A stretch of DNA of 64,000 nt from Bryobacterales bacterium (GTDB lineage Bacteria; Acidobacteriota; Terriglobia; Bryobacterales; UBA6623): the NCBI GenBank assembly GCA_965116065.1, contig OZ220485.1:5040347-5104346 (forward strand). Direction: 5' to 3'. Positions 18,413 to 28,165 of this stretch are shown piece after piece. Positions within the stretch are counted from its first letter, which is position 1, and each line of letters opens with the position of its first letter. Under the pieces are notes generated by a model. The model was not told the origin of the DNA. It made no database searches and saw nothing but the letters and a program-made list of their open reading frames with translations. Both the position numbers and the translations under genes were made by a program.

Positions 18413-18712
18413 CTAAACCCACAGACGGACCAGGATGCCCAGCACCGTCACCGCTACGGGCACGATCCAGAGCAACATCCGCAGCTTGGTGTCAAGCGCG
18501 GCCAACTGCCCGGCCTGTTGCGCGCTCATGGCCTCGATGCGCGCATTCTGGATGTCCAGCTTGGACTCGAAACGCGCGATCAGGTTCGCCGCCGCCATGT
18601 TCTCGACCTCCTGTACCAGAGTATATGCCTCTTCGTCGTCCAGTCCCAGCTTGCGGAACAGCAGGAAAACCCGCTTGGGGTCAGGATCCGGAGGGGGCGT
18701 TGGCGTGGACAT
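18413..18712 (-). CDS. small tail-anchored coiled-coil protein, copy A2
   Basis: The 99-aa protein is identical to A1 over the first ~57 aa and carries a single 11-aa repeat. Confidence 0.6.
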   Translation of the reverse strand: MSTPTPPPDPDPKRVFLLFRKLGLDDEEAYTLVQEVENMAAANLIARFESKLDIQNARIEAMSAQQAGQLAALDTKLRMLLWIVPVAVTVLGILVRLWV

Positions 18713-18931
18713 GTGCGGAACACCATCCTAACGACAGTCCACCGAGTCGGTCGCAACCTCGCTGGCGGATGGATTCCCTGTTGCGTCTCTGAGCGCGATC
18801 CGGCATCGGGAAGGGCCCGCCCGGGTGCCGGCGGGCGCTCCTACCCCGGCCGTCAACCGTTACGGGCGTATTCTGACCGACCCCAAGACAGTGCTGCTCC
18901 GAGAGCAGCCCGAAGGGCTCTCTGCAGTGTT

Positions 18932-19195
18932 TCACTGGCCGAAGATCAGAAAGAAGATCCCCGCCGCCAAGCCGAGCACGGTGGTACCGAAGATCGCCAC
19001 ATGCACCAACAGCGGCCAGCGGGTCGAATCCAGCGTGGACTCGAAACGGGCAATCAGGATATCGAACGCCATGTTCTCCAACCCCTGAACGAAAGTGGAC
19101 GCCTGCCCGTCTTCGAGACCCCTTGGTGGGCAAGTTCGCACCACTGCCGCCACCGCCTCGTCAGGCCAAAGGAGCATGCCGCCAGCCAGGATCAC
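18932..19195 (-). CDS. small tail-anchored protein, paralog B2
   Basis: An 87-aa protein homologous to B1 (FVQGLENMAFDILIARFESTLDSTRW plus a TM). Confidence 0.4.
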   Translation of the reverse strand: MILAGGMLLWPDEAVAAVVRTCPPRGLEDGQASTFVQGLENMAFDILIARFESTLDSTRWPLLVHVAIFGTTVLGLAAGIFFLIFGQ

Positions 19196-19371
19196 GAACC
19201 AATTCCCGGGCTTGGGGGATCCGCCAAGTCGTTCGAGGAAGGGAACCGCTTCAATGCCCTGGCCGCCGCGTTGTACGGACGGTCTCGCGACCCGCTCTAC
19301 GGTCTCGACAGAACTGGTCTCCTCGAGAACCCGATTTCAGCGCCACAGCCGCTGCATTCGGATCCCGCCAG

Positions 19372-19704
19372 CTACCCCCACAGACGGACCAGGATGCCCA
19401 GCACCGTCACCGCTACCGGCACCATCCAGAGCAACATCCGCAGCTTGGTGTCAAGCGCGGCCAACTGCCCGGCCTGTTGCGCACTCATGGCCTCGATGCG
19501 CGCATTCTGGATGTCCAGCTTGGACTCGAAACTTGCATTCCGGGCATCCAGCTTGGACTCGAAACGCGCGATCAGGTTCGCCGTCACCATGTTCTCGACC
19601 TCCTGTACCAGAGTCTATGCCTCTTCGTCGTCCAGTCCCAGCTTGCGGAACAGCAGGAAAACCCGCCTGGGGTCAGGATCCGGAGGGGGCGTTGGCGTGG
19701 ACAT
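19372..19704 (-). pseudogene. copy A3 with a premature stop
   Basis: It has the same start as A1/A2 (ATG 19702-19704). The Tyr codon of ...EEAYTLV is TAG here (19615-19617). Only an internal 72-aa ORF remains. Confidence 0.6.
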
Positions 19705-20560
19705 GTGCGGAAGACCATCCTAACGAGAGTCCACCGGGGCGGCCGCAACCTCGCTGGCGGATGGATTCCCTGTTGCGCCTCTGAGCGCGATCCGGCACTG
19801 GGAAGGGTCCGCCCGGGTGACGCTGGGCGCTCCTACCCCGGCCGTCACCCGTAACGGGGTCTTCTGACCGACTACAGAGCCAGTCCTATTCCGGAAGCAA
19901 GGACTGTGTGGGGAACACCGATTCTGGGCCAACAATCATCCGCCCCGCCCCTCGCTGTCGAACCGATGTCGAACCGAACTGGGCTGAGTGGTTGACGCCA
20001 TCAAGCGCTTGCGCCCTTGCAGCCGTATCCGGTCAGTCCTCGGTGCCAGGAGTTCCCAACTCGGCGAACGACTCCTGTGAGTGTCTCCCGGTTCCCTCTC
20101 GGTCCCGACCCTTCGCTCCAGCGCAAGCGTCTCTCTGGATACTCACTGGGACGAGTCCGCTTCCGGCACAATGCGACTCTGAAGCCGCTGGCGGTGCTGA
20201 TGCTCGGCGTCAGCCTCACAATCAAGGGCCTGCTCCTCTCTCATGCAGGCATGCACATCGAATTGCAGATTGCGGATCGAATTGTCGACGCACTCCGGAT
20301 CCATCTCGCGTGCTACTGGCTCGGTCGACCGACTGGTGCGCGGACCGCAGGAATGTCCTTCAACGAGAGATGAGCCTGAGCGGGGCTCAGCGGGGGCAGC
20401 GGGCATCATCGGAGGATGATCTTGTATCGTGATCTCATCACCCACTTCGACCTGGATAACTTGCTGGCACCCACATACGCTTGAAGCAGAAGATCTCCGT
20501 CGTGAGTCACGCGACCAGCAATGTTGCCGCTGACGGAGCACTAGAATGTGTTGTCAGAAC

Positions 20561-21922
20561 ATGGAGCTTCGCATGCCTGCCCGATTTGTGGCCGCAACAG
20601 CGGCGATAGCCCTTGCCCTCGGGTGCGGGACGAACCCGGAGGGAACCGTTGCCTTCGTGAACGTGACCGTCCTGCCGATGGACCAGGAACATGTACTGGA
20701 GGCTCACACTGTCGTGGTCTCCGAAGGACGAATAACCGCAATGGGCCAGTCCGGTGATCTGAGTCTCCCTCGCGGAGCGGAAATCGTCGACGGCAAGGAC
20801 AAGTTCCTGATGCCGGGATTCACGGAGATGCATGGCCACCTGCCCGGAAAGGACTCCGCACTGGAAGAGGTCGACCGCATTCTCTTCCTGTTCCTGTCGA
20901 ACGGCGTCACGACGGTCCGCGGAATGATCGGGCAGCCGTTCCATCTGGAACTACGCGAGCAGGTCGCCACAGGCAGTCGACTTGGACCGACCATTCTCGC
21001 CGCCGGACCACCCTTCCGCGCGTCCGAAGGGCAGACCGCTGGGACGGCTCGCCGGCGCGTACGCGACCAACAAGCGGCAGGATACGACCTGCTCAAGATC
21101 CTCGAAGGGCTGAGCGTTGAAGTCTACGACGCGATCACGGAGGAAGCAGCGCAAGCGGGCATCCCATTCGGCGGCCATGTACCGAACGCCGTCGGACTGC
21201 TCCATGCACTCGCAGCCGGGCAGGGCAGCATCGATCACCTCGACAACTATCTCGAGGCACTGGTGCCCGACGATTCGCCGATCCGAAACGCAGATGCGGC
21301 AACGCGCTCCCGCGAGCTCGGACTCCACCTCGACGAATCCAGGATACCTGCGCTGGTCGAAGCGACCAGGCTGGCAGACGCATCGGCCGTACCCACGATG
21401 GCCCTATGGGAGACGTTCAATGCCGATCTCCCCCTTGAGAACTACCTGACCATCCAGGGGATCGAGTACCTTCCGACATCCATGGTGAACGGATGGGCGG
21501 AGTCGCAGAAGGAGCGCCGTTCACGCCTCAATGCCGCAGCCGGGGTACGGGTCATCGAGACTCGCAAGAAGGTGCTCAAGGCACTGCAGGACGGTGGGGC
21601 GCGCATCGTCTTCGGCACGGACGCACCTCAGATCTTCAGTGTGCCGGGCTTCTCGATCCATCGGGAGATGCGGGTGATGGCTGCCGCAGGACTGACGCCA
21701 TTCGAGATCCTGGCATCCGGAACGAGGAATGCGGCCGAGCACTTCCGCAGTGACGCCTTCGGAATCGTCGAGGTCGGCCGACGCGGGGACCTCCTGCTTC
21801 TCGACGCCAATCCGCTCGACGATGTTGCGAACATGGCGCGCCGGGCGGGGGTCATGGTCAGGGGACACTGGATGTCGGAGACGGAGATTCAGGCCAAGCT
21901 TGCCACACTGGCCGTTGAGTGA
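20561..21922 (+). CDS. amidohydrolase-family lipoprotein
   Basis: Lipobox ALALGCG. Metal-binding motif MPGFTEMHGHLP. C-terminal GDLLLLDANPL. The start could be 20546, 20561 or 20573. Confidence 0.8.
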   Translation: MELRMPARFVAATAAIALALGCGTNPEGTVAFVNVTVLPMDQEHVLEAHTVVVSEGRITAMGQSGDLSLPRGAEIVDGKDKFLMPGFTEMHGHLPGKDSALEEVDRILFLFLSNGVTTVRGMIGQPFHLELREQVATGSRLGPTILAAGPPFRASEGQTAGTARRRVRDQQAAGYDLLKILEGLSVEVYDAITEEAAQAGIPFGGHVPNAVGLLHALAAGQGSIDHLDNYLEALVPDDSPIRNADAATRSRELGLHLDESRIPALVEATRLADASAVPTMALWETFNADLPLENYLTIQGIEYLPTSMVNGWAESQKERRSRLNAAAGVRVIETRKKVLKALQDGGARIVFGTDAPQIFSVPGFSIHREMRVMAAAGLTPFEILASGTRNAAEHFRSDAFGIVEVGRRGDLLLLDANPLDDVANMARRAGVMVRGHWMSETEIQAKLATLAVE

Positions 21923-22227
21923 CCGCCATGCTCCTCCGATGTGGCATCCGGTGCACTTTCCACAGAGTCTTGATGCAGGGTTTCGGGAAGCCGAGGTCGA
22001 CCCGACGGATCGGCCGACTACGGCTCTGCCGCGGTTACGATGTTCGACCGCGCTCTCGCTCTCAGGGAGATGGAGCGCTGACGGTTCGCCATATATGCGA
22101 ATGACCACATCGCCGCAACGTCAGCCCTGGCGAACAGGGAGGGAGTCCTCGCCACCGATCGAGAGTGTTGCCAGAGGCGTCTTGCTTCGTGGTACCGTCC
22201 CTGTTACAGTAAAGTCGTTCCAATCCG

Positions 22228-22725
22228 ATGGTGGCCCCGTACAGCGCAAAAGCGGTAGCGAACTTCTTCCTTGAGAAGGAGCACCTGACGCAAATGAAGC
22301 TGCACAAGTTGCTGTACTACGCGCACGGCTGGCATTTGGGATTCACGGAACAGCCCCTGCTGGATGAGACGCTGGAGGCATGGCAGTATGGCCCGGTCGT
22401 CCCGTCGATCTTCTGGGAGTTCGGGAGCTTCGGAGCGTCTCCGATCAACCGTCTCGCGCAGGACTTCGATCCAACCCCGGACGGTTCGATCGACACACCC
22501 AGGGTGGATCCTGCGGATCACTTCGTGCAGAATCTCCTGGTCCGCACCTGGACGGTGTATGGCGACTACACGGCCGCGCAACTCTCCAAGCTGACGCACA
22601 TGCCCGGCTCGCCGTGGACGATCACGCGGGCGGACAACCCCGGTGTGAAGTATGCGGGCATCCCCAACGCCTTGATTCGCGAGCACTTCCGGGAGCGGGT
22701 TCGCCGGAACCGGCATGACGGATGA
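22228..22725 (+). CDS. Panacea-domain (DUF4065, SocA/PanA-like) antitoxin
   Basis: KLHKLLYYAHGWHLGFTEQPLLDETLEAWQYGPVVPSIFWEF is the DUF4065 signature. Confidence 0.8.
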   Translation: MVAPYSAKAVANFFLEKEHLTQMKLHKLLYYAHGWHLGFTEQPLLDETLEAWQYGPVVPSIFWEFGSFGASPINRLAQDFDPTPDGSIDTPRVDPADHFVQNLLVRTWTVYGDYTAAQLSKLTHMPGSPWTITRADNPGVKYAGIPNALIREHFRERVRRNRHDG

Positions 22726-23077
22726 GCTGGGAACGACCCTGCGTGAGGATGCGGCGGCTCTGGACGCAGAAGCCGACGAATTGGCGGCAGTGGAGGGCGA
22801 CGGCGTCCTTCTGATCAGGCGGTACCTCACCAAGGAGAGATTCTCACAGGCAAGACAGGATCGCCAGCAGCGCAAGGAATACGCCGACCGCATCTTCCAT
22901 CTGGTGGCGTACTGGCTTTTTGCCCTCGTGGCGCTGCTGGGCGTTCAGGGCTTTCTGGGGCCGTTCGGCTGGTTCGATCTGCCAGACACGCTGCTCATCG
23001 CCATCGCCACGACCACGACGGCGAGCGTGACGACGCTGCTGGTGATTGTAGCGCGCTATCTGTTCCCCGGTCGCTGA
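22715..23077 (+). CDS. small two-TM protein, candidate PanA-associated toxin
   Basis: It overlaps the PanA gene by 11 nt. The N-terminus is an acidic coiled segment. Two hydrophobic helices follow: LVAYWLFALVALLGV and LLIAIATTTTASVTTLLVIVA. Confidence 0.45.
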   Translation: MTDELGTTLREDAAALDAEADELAAVEGDGVLLIRRYLTKERFSQARQDRQQRKEYADRIFHLVAYWLFALVALLGVQGFLGPFGWFDLPDTLLIAIATTTTASVTTLLVIVARYLFPGR

Positions 23078-23213
23078 CGATGACAGTTCTGCCGGCGGAT
23101 AAAGTACGGCAGGACTGTCAGGACTGTACGGAGTCTGCAACTGTGCTCCGCCAGCCATGTGGCGGTTGAATCCGTAGAACGGCAGACTCCTTGCTGATCA
23201 CCTTGACCAGGCG

Positions 23214-24245
23214 TTAGCGTCGCTTCAACCCGACCGGGGTTCTAAACAGATTCTTGACGGCTTTCGTCATGGCCGCAGCACCCGTATATCCCCGCAAGCG
23301 GGACGAGATGATGCCGTCCCGCCCGATTACAACCGTTGTCGGTATCGCCATGACACCATAGCGCTGAAACACCCGGCCGGCTTCATCGTGAAGGGCAAGA
23401 TAGCTGATTTCCCGTTCCGCAAGGAACTCTCGCGTGACGTTGGGCTTCTCGTCGCTGACACCTAGCACAACCAGCCCGTCGTTCGCGTACTTCTCGTGCA
23501 ACCGCTGCAGTTGCGGGAGTTCCTTCCGGCAGGGACCGCACCACGTTGCCCAGAAGTTCAGCACCACGACCTGGCCACGCAGATCGGAGAGTCGCACCCT
23601 GGAACCGTCAAGATCCGGCAGGTCGAAGTCGGGAGCCATCGCACCAGGAACTGGCAACGGACCGGAGGCGGACCCACTGGGCGGTCGCTCGCTGAACTTG
23701 AGCGGGGCCCTCCGTACCAGTTCTTCCGAGATCGCGGACCGCAGCGTCTTGTTTCTGGGTAGTCGCAGGAACGCACAACGATGATCTCTCTGAGACGCGT
23801 GCAGGCTCAGCCAGTACGGGCTTCGCAACTTTCGGAGCAGATAAACGGAGTGTCCACCCGCCAACATCCCACCCACCTGATAGGCTGCTTGGCTGACGCC
23901 TCCCGTAGCAACAATCAGAGCTACTGATGGCAACACGGACCACCAGAAGAAACTGTCGAACAGCGGAACTCCCAAATGATGTCGGCCCCGACGAACGGCG
24001 AGTTCTCCATATGTGAATCGCTCCGGAGCCTCACCTCTGACTTCGACGATCACAAGATCTTCGGTGAATACGAGCCGAGCCTTCCTGAGATTGCCGTCAC
24101 CGAGCCTTCCGCGGATACCCGCCGAGAACTCGACGGGCTCGTCGGCTATCTGCTCCGGCACTGCCGGCCTAGCAGCAGCGGGGGTGAGTCCAAGTACCAG
24201 GACCAAGGCGATGCGCATCATCCAGGAGATCACTGCCTTGCTCAC
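23214..24245 (-). CDS. TlpA/ResA-like thiol:disulfide oxidoreductase with an extra N-terminal membrane region
   Basis: WATWCGPCRKELP thioredoxin motif. GTG start at 24243-24245. Confidence 0.8.
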   Translation of the reverse strand: MSKAVISWMMRIALVLVLGLTPAAARPAVPEQIADEPVEFSAGIRGRLGDGNLRKARLVFTEDLVIVEVRGEAPERFTYGELAVRRGRHHLGVPLFDSFFWWSVLPSVALIVATGGVSQAAYQVGGMLAGGHSVYLLRKLRSPYWLSLHASQRDHRCAFLRLPRNKTLRSAISEELVRRAPLKFSERPPSGSASGPLPVPGAMAPDFDLPDLDGSRVRLSDLRGQVVVLNFWATWCGPCRKELPQLQRLHEKYANDGLVVLGVSDEKPNVTREFLAEREISYLALHDEAGRVFQRYGVMAIPTTVVIGRDGIISSRLRGYTGAAAMTKAVKNLFRTPVGLKRR

Positions 24246-24574
24246 TATCGTTGCTCCCCTTCGGGATGGAGTCGGGTGCTTGGACGGAACGCAGAACGAG
24301 CCGGTTTCAGGTGAACTTCCGAAAACGCCGAACGAATCGCAGGCTCCAGGTCCGGACGACGCTCATACAGCGAAGCTCCCTCCGGATTCAATCGGACATT
24401 TGCCGTACTCCATTGGCAATCAGAGTTCGCGGAGACCGGGACTAGAGCCGGTCGATTCCAGCCAGGCTCGGGGCCTTCAAGCCATTCATCGCACTGGCCG
24501 AGCCAACCACAGGGAACCTGGCACGCCGACTGCAGACCGAGTTGCTCAATGAGACGGAACAGGCATGCGGGCAC
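24245..24574 (-). CDS. hypothetical Cys-containing protein, possibly co-translated with the TlpA-like gene
   Basis: The stop TAG (24245-24247) overlaps the downstream GTG start by 1 nt. No family recognised. Confidence 0.25.
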   Translation of the reverse strand: MPACLFRLIEQLGLQSACQVPCGWLGQCDEWLEGPEPGWNRPALVPVSANSDCQWSTANVRLNPEGASLYERRPDLEPAIRSAFSEVHLKPARSAFRPSTRLHPEGEQR

Positions 24575-25224
24575 ACACCATGCCCGACGGGACGCTATCC
24601 CTGGGGAATTCCTGTGACGAACGGCCTGGTCGAGATCGCCGGGTTGATCAGAATCCTATCGAGATCCGTACCTCGCCGACCGACGGCAGCGGCCCGGCAC
24701 GGCCAGACCACCCGGGTCCGGGCTTGACAGCTAACACGGAAGCTGCCGGCAGTATGTAATGCGGCCACTGAAGCCGTTTCACGTCCCGGCCGGACCGAAC
24801 GGATCGGACAAGACGACCTCTCTGGCAGTCATCGGCCCCCTCGGCGAAATCGCACTCGAGCGGACTAGACCAAGCCCGGGTTGACGACGATTCCGACTCG
24901 CTTTCCGCGATTCCTGGGCCACCGGAGTCTCATCAGGAGAACCTCGGATCGTGGCACCACACGTCGATGAGCGGCAAGGTTCAAGGAGATAACGACTACT
25001 TTCGACAGAGAGACCCAGCCGTCGAACCGGATCCGGGCGCCTACAAGGTCAGCCGTCGGCTATTGCCGGGTGGACGGGCTCAGGCTGAATCAAGGCTCGC
25101 AGATCCACGGCGATAGCTGGAACGTCCGCAGCGGACCTGAAGCGTCCGGCGTGTGATTCGTCATTACTTGCAGTACTGCGACAAGTGATCGCTCTAGGGG
25201 CGGGCCGAAGACGGCATCCCGACA

Positions 25225-25776
25225 CTACGGCGATGGCAGAAAGGCCTGCACGGCGTCCAAGGCAAGATCCTTGGGTAGTTCTCCTCGAACGCGACATCTG
25301 GGGCCTGTACCTGCGGATGGCGAGACGCCCGCAAACTGGGTCCTGCCAGTAGGCAGGAACTTCATGGCCAAGACGCCGCGTTCCGCCGAAGTCCACTCGG
25401 CCAGAAGCAACCCATCAGGACTGACTGCGATCTCCGGATCCATGGGCGGACGCTGCCGAAGGAGGAATAGCGCCAACTCGCGCAAGGATGCGAGTACGAT
25501 ACTCGGTTCGTCCGGGTCGCCGTCCTTTGTCATCGCATAAAGGTCCTCGATACGATCCGCGGCGCTGCGACACCCGCCGAGGGACAGGGCGACGACGATC
25601 TCATCCGGTTGCTTGGCTGCGAGTACTCGGTTCACAGTGGCAGTGTGGTGGTTTTCAGCGAGGCAGGTGTCCTCAACGCCCTCAGGACTAGACCCCCGAA
25701 TCCGCAGCAGCGAAACACTCGCGACGGTACCCGGGCGTCCCACCGCAGTCTCCGACATCGGTGTTGCCAATGACAA
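25225..25776 (-). CDS. hypothetical protein
   Basis: A 183-aa ORF with protein-like composition (…DPEIAVSPDGLLLAEWTSAERGVLAMKFLPTGRTQFAGV…). No family recognised. Confidence 0.35.
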   Translation of the reverse strand: MSLATPMSETAVGRPGTVASVSLLRIRGSSPEGVEDTCLAENHHTATVNRVLAAKQPDEIVVALSLGGCRSAADRIEDLYAMTKDGDPDEPSIVLASLRELALFLLRQRPPMDPEIAVSPDGLLLAEWTSAERGVLAMKFLPTGRTQFAGVSPSAGTGPRCRVRGELPKDLALDAVQAFLPSP

Positions 25777-25852
25777 CGCGACACCGGAGGTGGTACCCGT
25801 CGTTCGGACAGCCGGTCGACGATTTCAGGGTGGACTCTGCAATTTCCCTGAA

Positions 25853-26246
25853 CTACCGACTACTGCGATTGTAACGGAACAGGAGTTCGCCATCCTCCGG
25901 TCTCCAGCTCGGGGACCTGTCGCTGAGGATGGCGTTGTACGCCCGCTGGCGGGACTTGCTCATGCCGAATCTGAACCGCAGGTCCGGGCGCGAGTTCGGA
26001 CTGGTCCCGCCAGAACTGCGCGCAACGGGCGAGATGGCACTCAAGGTGGTCCCGGTAGTCGATCGGAAGGGTATGGTCCCGCAGTTTCTCGAACAGGCTG
26101 CGGAAGTACGCCAGAGAGCGCACCGGCTCGCCGTCCGGATGCTTGAGCAAGACCAGCGACTTGCGTGTCAGTGCATGCCTTGGCATACGAGGATGCCTGA
26201 AGGCCCTATACTGGTAACTTGTAAGGTTCGACCTAGACATGGCCAA
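25853..26246 (-). pseudogene. hypothetical gene, possibly frameshifted
   Basis: Two overlapping frames both look protein-like: ...LAYFRSLFEKLRDHTLPIDYRDHLECHLARCAQFWRD... and ...DLRFRFGMSKSRQRAYNAILSD.... The junction lies near 26000. Confidence 0.25.
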
Positions 26247-26867
26247 ATCAAGAAAGACTGAGTCATCGGATGCTCAAGGCGTTGCTGGACCCATCATCGA
26301 AGCTGCCACGGAGCATGTGTTCAAGTCCAAACCAGTGAAGACGTTTCCTTGCCGAATCTGCTCGGCACCCGGAGCGACGGAAGCGTCGGACGGCCTGTGC
26401 TGGGTATGTTTTCGACTGAGGATCAGTGCTTGGCAGGGGATCGGGAATCCAGATCCCGAAAGCGAGTAGCGGTCTGGGGCTCAGCCATGACTTGGCGAGC
26501 ACCAACAGAACCCGGGCAGACTGCTACCCCTCGCCGCCCAGTGAGACCGCCCGGAGGGCTCGGTGCCTGAATACCTGCGGCAGAGGAAGAATGTCTCCGC
26601 CATTCTTGTTCCGGCCACCGAAGTCAGCCACTCGTGGCAACCCTATCCATCGCCACACAGGACATGCCCTGCGCCCAGGCACCGGTAGGGACTGATCCTG
26701 CCAGTCAACTCGGGATCACGTGTCCGCAATGCAGGCATGATACAGTGAAATCGGAAGAGTTGCACCCTTTCATCAGGAATAACGCACTCATCCTAAAAGC
26801 CTTAGAGTCTACAGCGGTCCGGCCGCCCCTTTCGTGGTAAGGATGCTGGGCCGGGGAGAACATCGAA

Positions 26868-27968
26868 TTGCACGTTGGATTCGTCGGTTGGCGGGGCATG
26901 GTCGGCAGCGTCCTTCTGGAGAGGATGCGGAGCGAAGACGACCTGCAGGGCCTGGAGATCGATTTCTTCAGTACGTCGAACGCCGGAGGCCCGGCCCCCA
27001 CGGAGAGCACCTCGGGCATCTTGAGAGATGCCCGCAGCATCAACGAGTTGCGGAATTGCGACGTGGTACTGACCTGTCAAGGGGGCGGCTATACCGCCGA
27101 GGTATTCGATCAACTCAGAGACACCGGCTGGGACGGCTACTGGATTGACGCCGCCTCCAGGCTCCGACTGAGAGACGACGCAACCCTTGTCCTCGACCCG
27201 GTCAACGGCGAGCAGATCCGACAGCGTCTGCGGGGCGGATGCCGGAACTTCGTCGGTGCCAACTGCACCGTCAGCCTGCTGCTCATGGCGACGGCCGGAC
27301 TGTACAAGGCCGGACTCGTAGAGTGGATCAGCACAATGACCTATCAGGCCGTCTCCGGAGCCGGTGCCCGCAAGCTCACCGAGCTGGCTCGACAAGTACG
27401 ACACATCGCACTGTCGGATAAGGAACTCGACAGTCTGACGACACCGGAAACCGCCGAGGTCATCACTCGTGCCCAGCGGGCCGAGACGCTTCCACTCGCG
27501 GAGATCGGAGCCCCTCTCGCTTGCAACGTGCTCCCCTGGATCGACAGGGCGATGGACGACGGGCAGACCCGGGAAGAATGGAAGGCCAGCGTCGAGGCGA
27601 GCCGACTGTTGGGAGCGGAGAAGCCCCTGAAGATCGACGGGACCTGCGCCCGTATCGACGCCCTGCGCTGTCACAGCCAGGCGCTGTGCATCAAGCTCGC
27701 CCGCGACCTGTCGGTGGCGGAAGCCCTCGACATCCTCAAGAGCGGCAATGCGTGGGTACGGACCGTTGACAATACGCAGGAAGAAACGTTGCGAAGCTTG
27801 ACACCGGCAGCGGTAGCGGGCACTCTCGATGTCGCCGTCGGCAGGGTCAGGAAGCTGAATCTCGGACCGTCGTTCCTTGGGGCATTCACCGTCGGCGACC
27901 AGCTTCTCTGGGGAGCGGCCGAACCACTGCGAAGGATGCTCCGCATCCTTCGCGACCATCGCGGATAG
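26868..27968 (+). CDS. asd: aspartate-semialdehyde dehydrogenase
   Basis: (TTG start) HVGFVGWRGMVGSVLLERM...VLTCQGGGYT...GWDGYWIDAAS...NCTVSLLLM is colinear with enterobacterial Asd. Confidence 0.95.
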   Translation: MHVGFVGWRGMVGSVLLERMRSEDDLQGLEIDFFSTSNAGGPAPTESTSGILRDARSINELRNCDVVLTCQGGGYTAEVFDQLRDTGWDGYWIDAASRLRLRDDATLVLDPVNGEQIRQRLRGGCRNFVGANCTVSLLLMATAGLYKAGLVEWISTMTYQAVSGAGARKLTELARQVRHIALSDKELDSLTTPETAEVITRAQRAETLPLAEIGAPLACNVLPWIDRAMDDGQTREEWKASVEASRLLGAEKPLKIDGTCARIDALRCHSQALCIKLARDLSVAEALDILKSGNAWVRTVDNTQEETLRSLTPAAVAGTLDVAVGRVRKLNLGPSFLGAFTVGDQLLWGAAEPLRRMLRILRDHRG

Positions 27969-28130
27969 CAGCCGAACTTCCGCCCCCATCGCGACTCGAC
28001 CGTCGAACCTGGCCGTCACAGGTCTCGCCCCAGCTTCCCTGCATTCGGTTCCCACCTACCGGTTGAACAGGCATTCGTGCCGAAATGCGTGCGAATGGAC
28101 TCAAAATCCAGCCAAAGTGAAGAAATTTAG

Positions 28131-28162
28131 TTGACTGAAAGGGAATAAAAAGTGAATATATA
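28131..28162 (+). promoter_or_regulatory. candidate promoter giving a leaderless or near-leaderless radical SAM transcript
   Basis: TTGACT (28131-28136), an 18-nt spacer, then AATATA/TATATA (28155-28162). The ATG follows at 28166. The patch is AT-rich. Confidence 0.3.
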
Positions 28163-28165
28163 TAC

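Larger units (their letters stand above)
17149..19872. repeat. tandem array of three ~0.96-1.04 kb units
   Basis: The anchor sequence ccgccagcta(a/c)ccc recurs at 17374, 18413 and 19372, giving periods of 1039 and 959 nt. Flanks, gene A and gene B are near-identical between units. Confidence 0.85.

Noticed and set aside
17104-19784. Very long plus-strand ORFs (562, 533, 243 and 229 aa) running through the tandem array.
   Set aside because: Their sequence is low-complexity Arg/Pro/Ser and repeats only because the DNA repeats. They are antisense to the compact minus-strand genes, which have clear start codons, TM anchors and in-frame repeat variation.
17149-19872. Could the repeat region be a CRISPR array?
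   Set aside because: The repeat unit is ~1 kb and protein-coding. The only short repeat is 33 bp, directly tandem with no spacers, and lies in frame within a gene. No cas genes are present in the window.
19908-20545. ORFs of 118-174 aa on both strands between the array and the amidohydrolase gene.
   Set aside because: None has recognisable motifs, a convincing start or ribosome-binding site, or a clear coding bias. The region is left unannotated.
23088-23123. An imperfect 12-bp inverted repeat between the convergent PanT-like and TlpA-like genes, considered as a terminator.
   Set aside because: It has one mismatch and no U-tract on either strand. It is not reported as a feature.
26239-26840. 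Small Cys-containing ORFs (76 aa at 26239-26469 and 68 aa at 26634-26840) upstream of asd.
   Set aside because: They are short, match no family, have weak start contexts and cannot be told apart from chance ORFs without comparative data.
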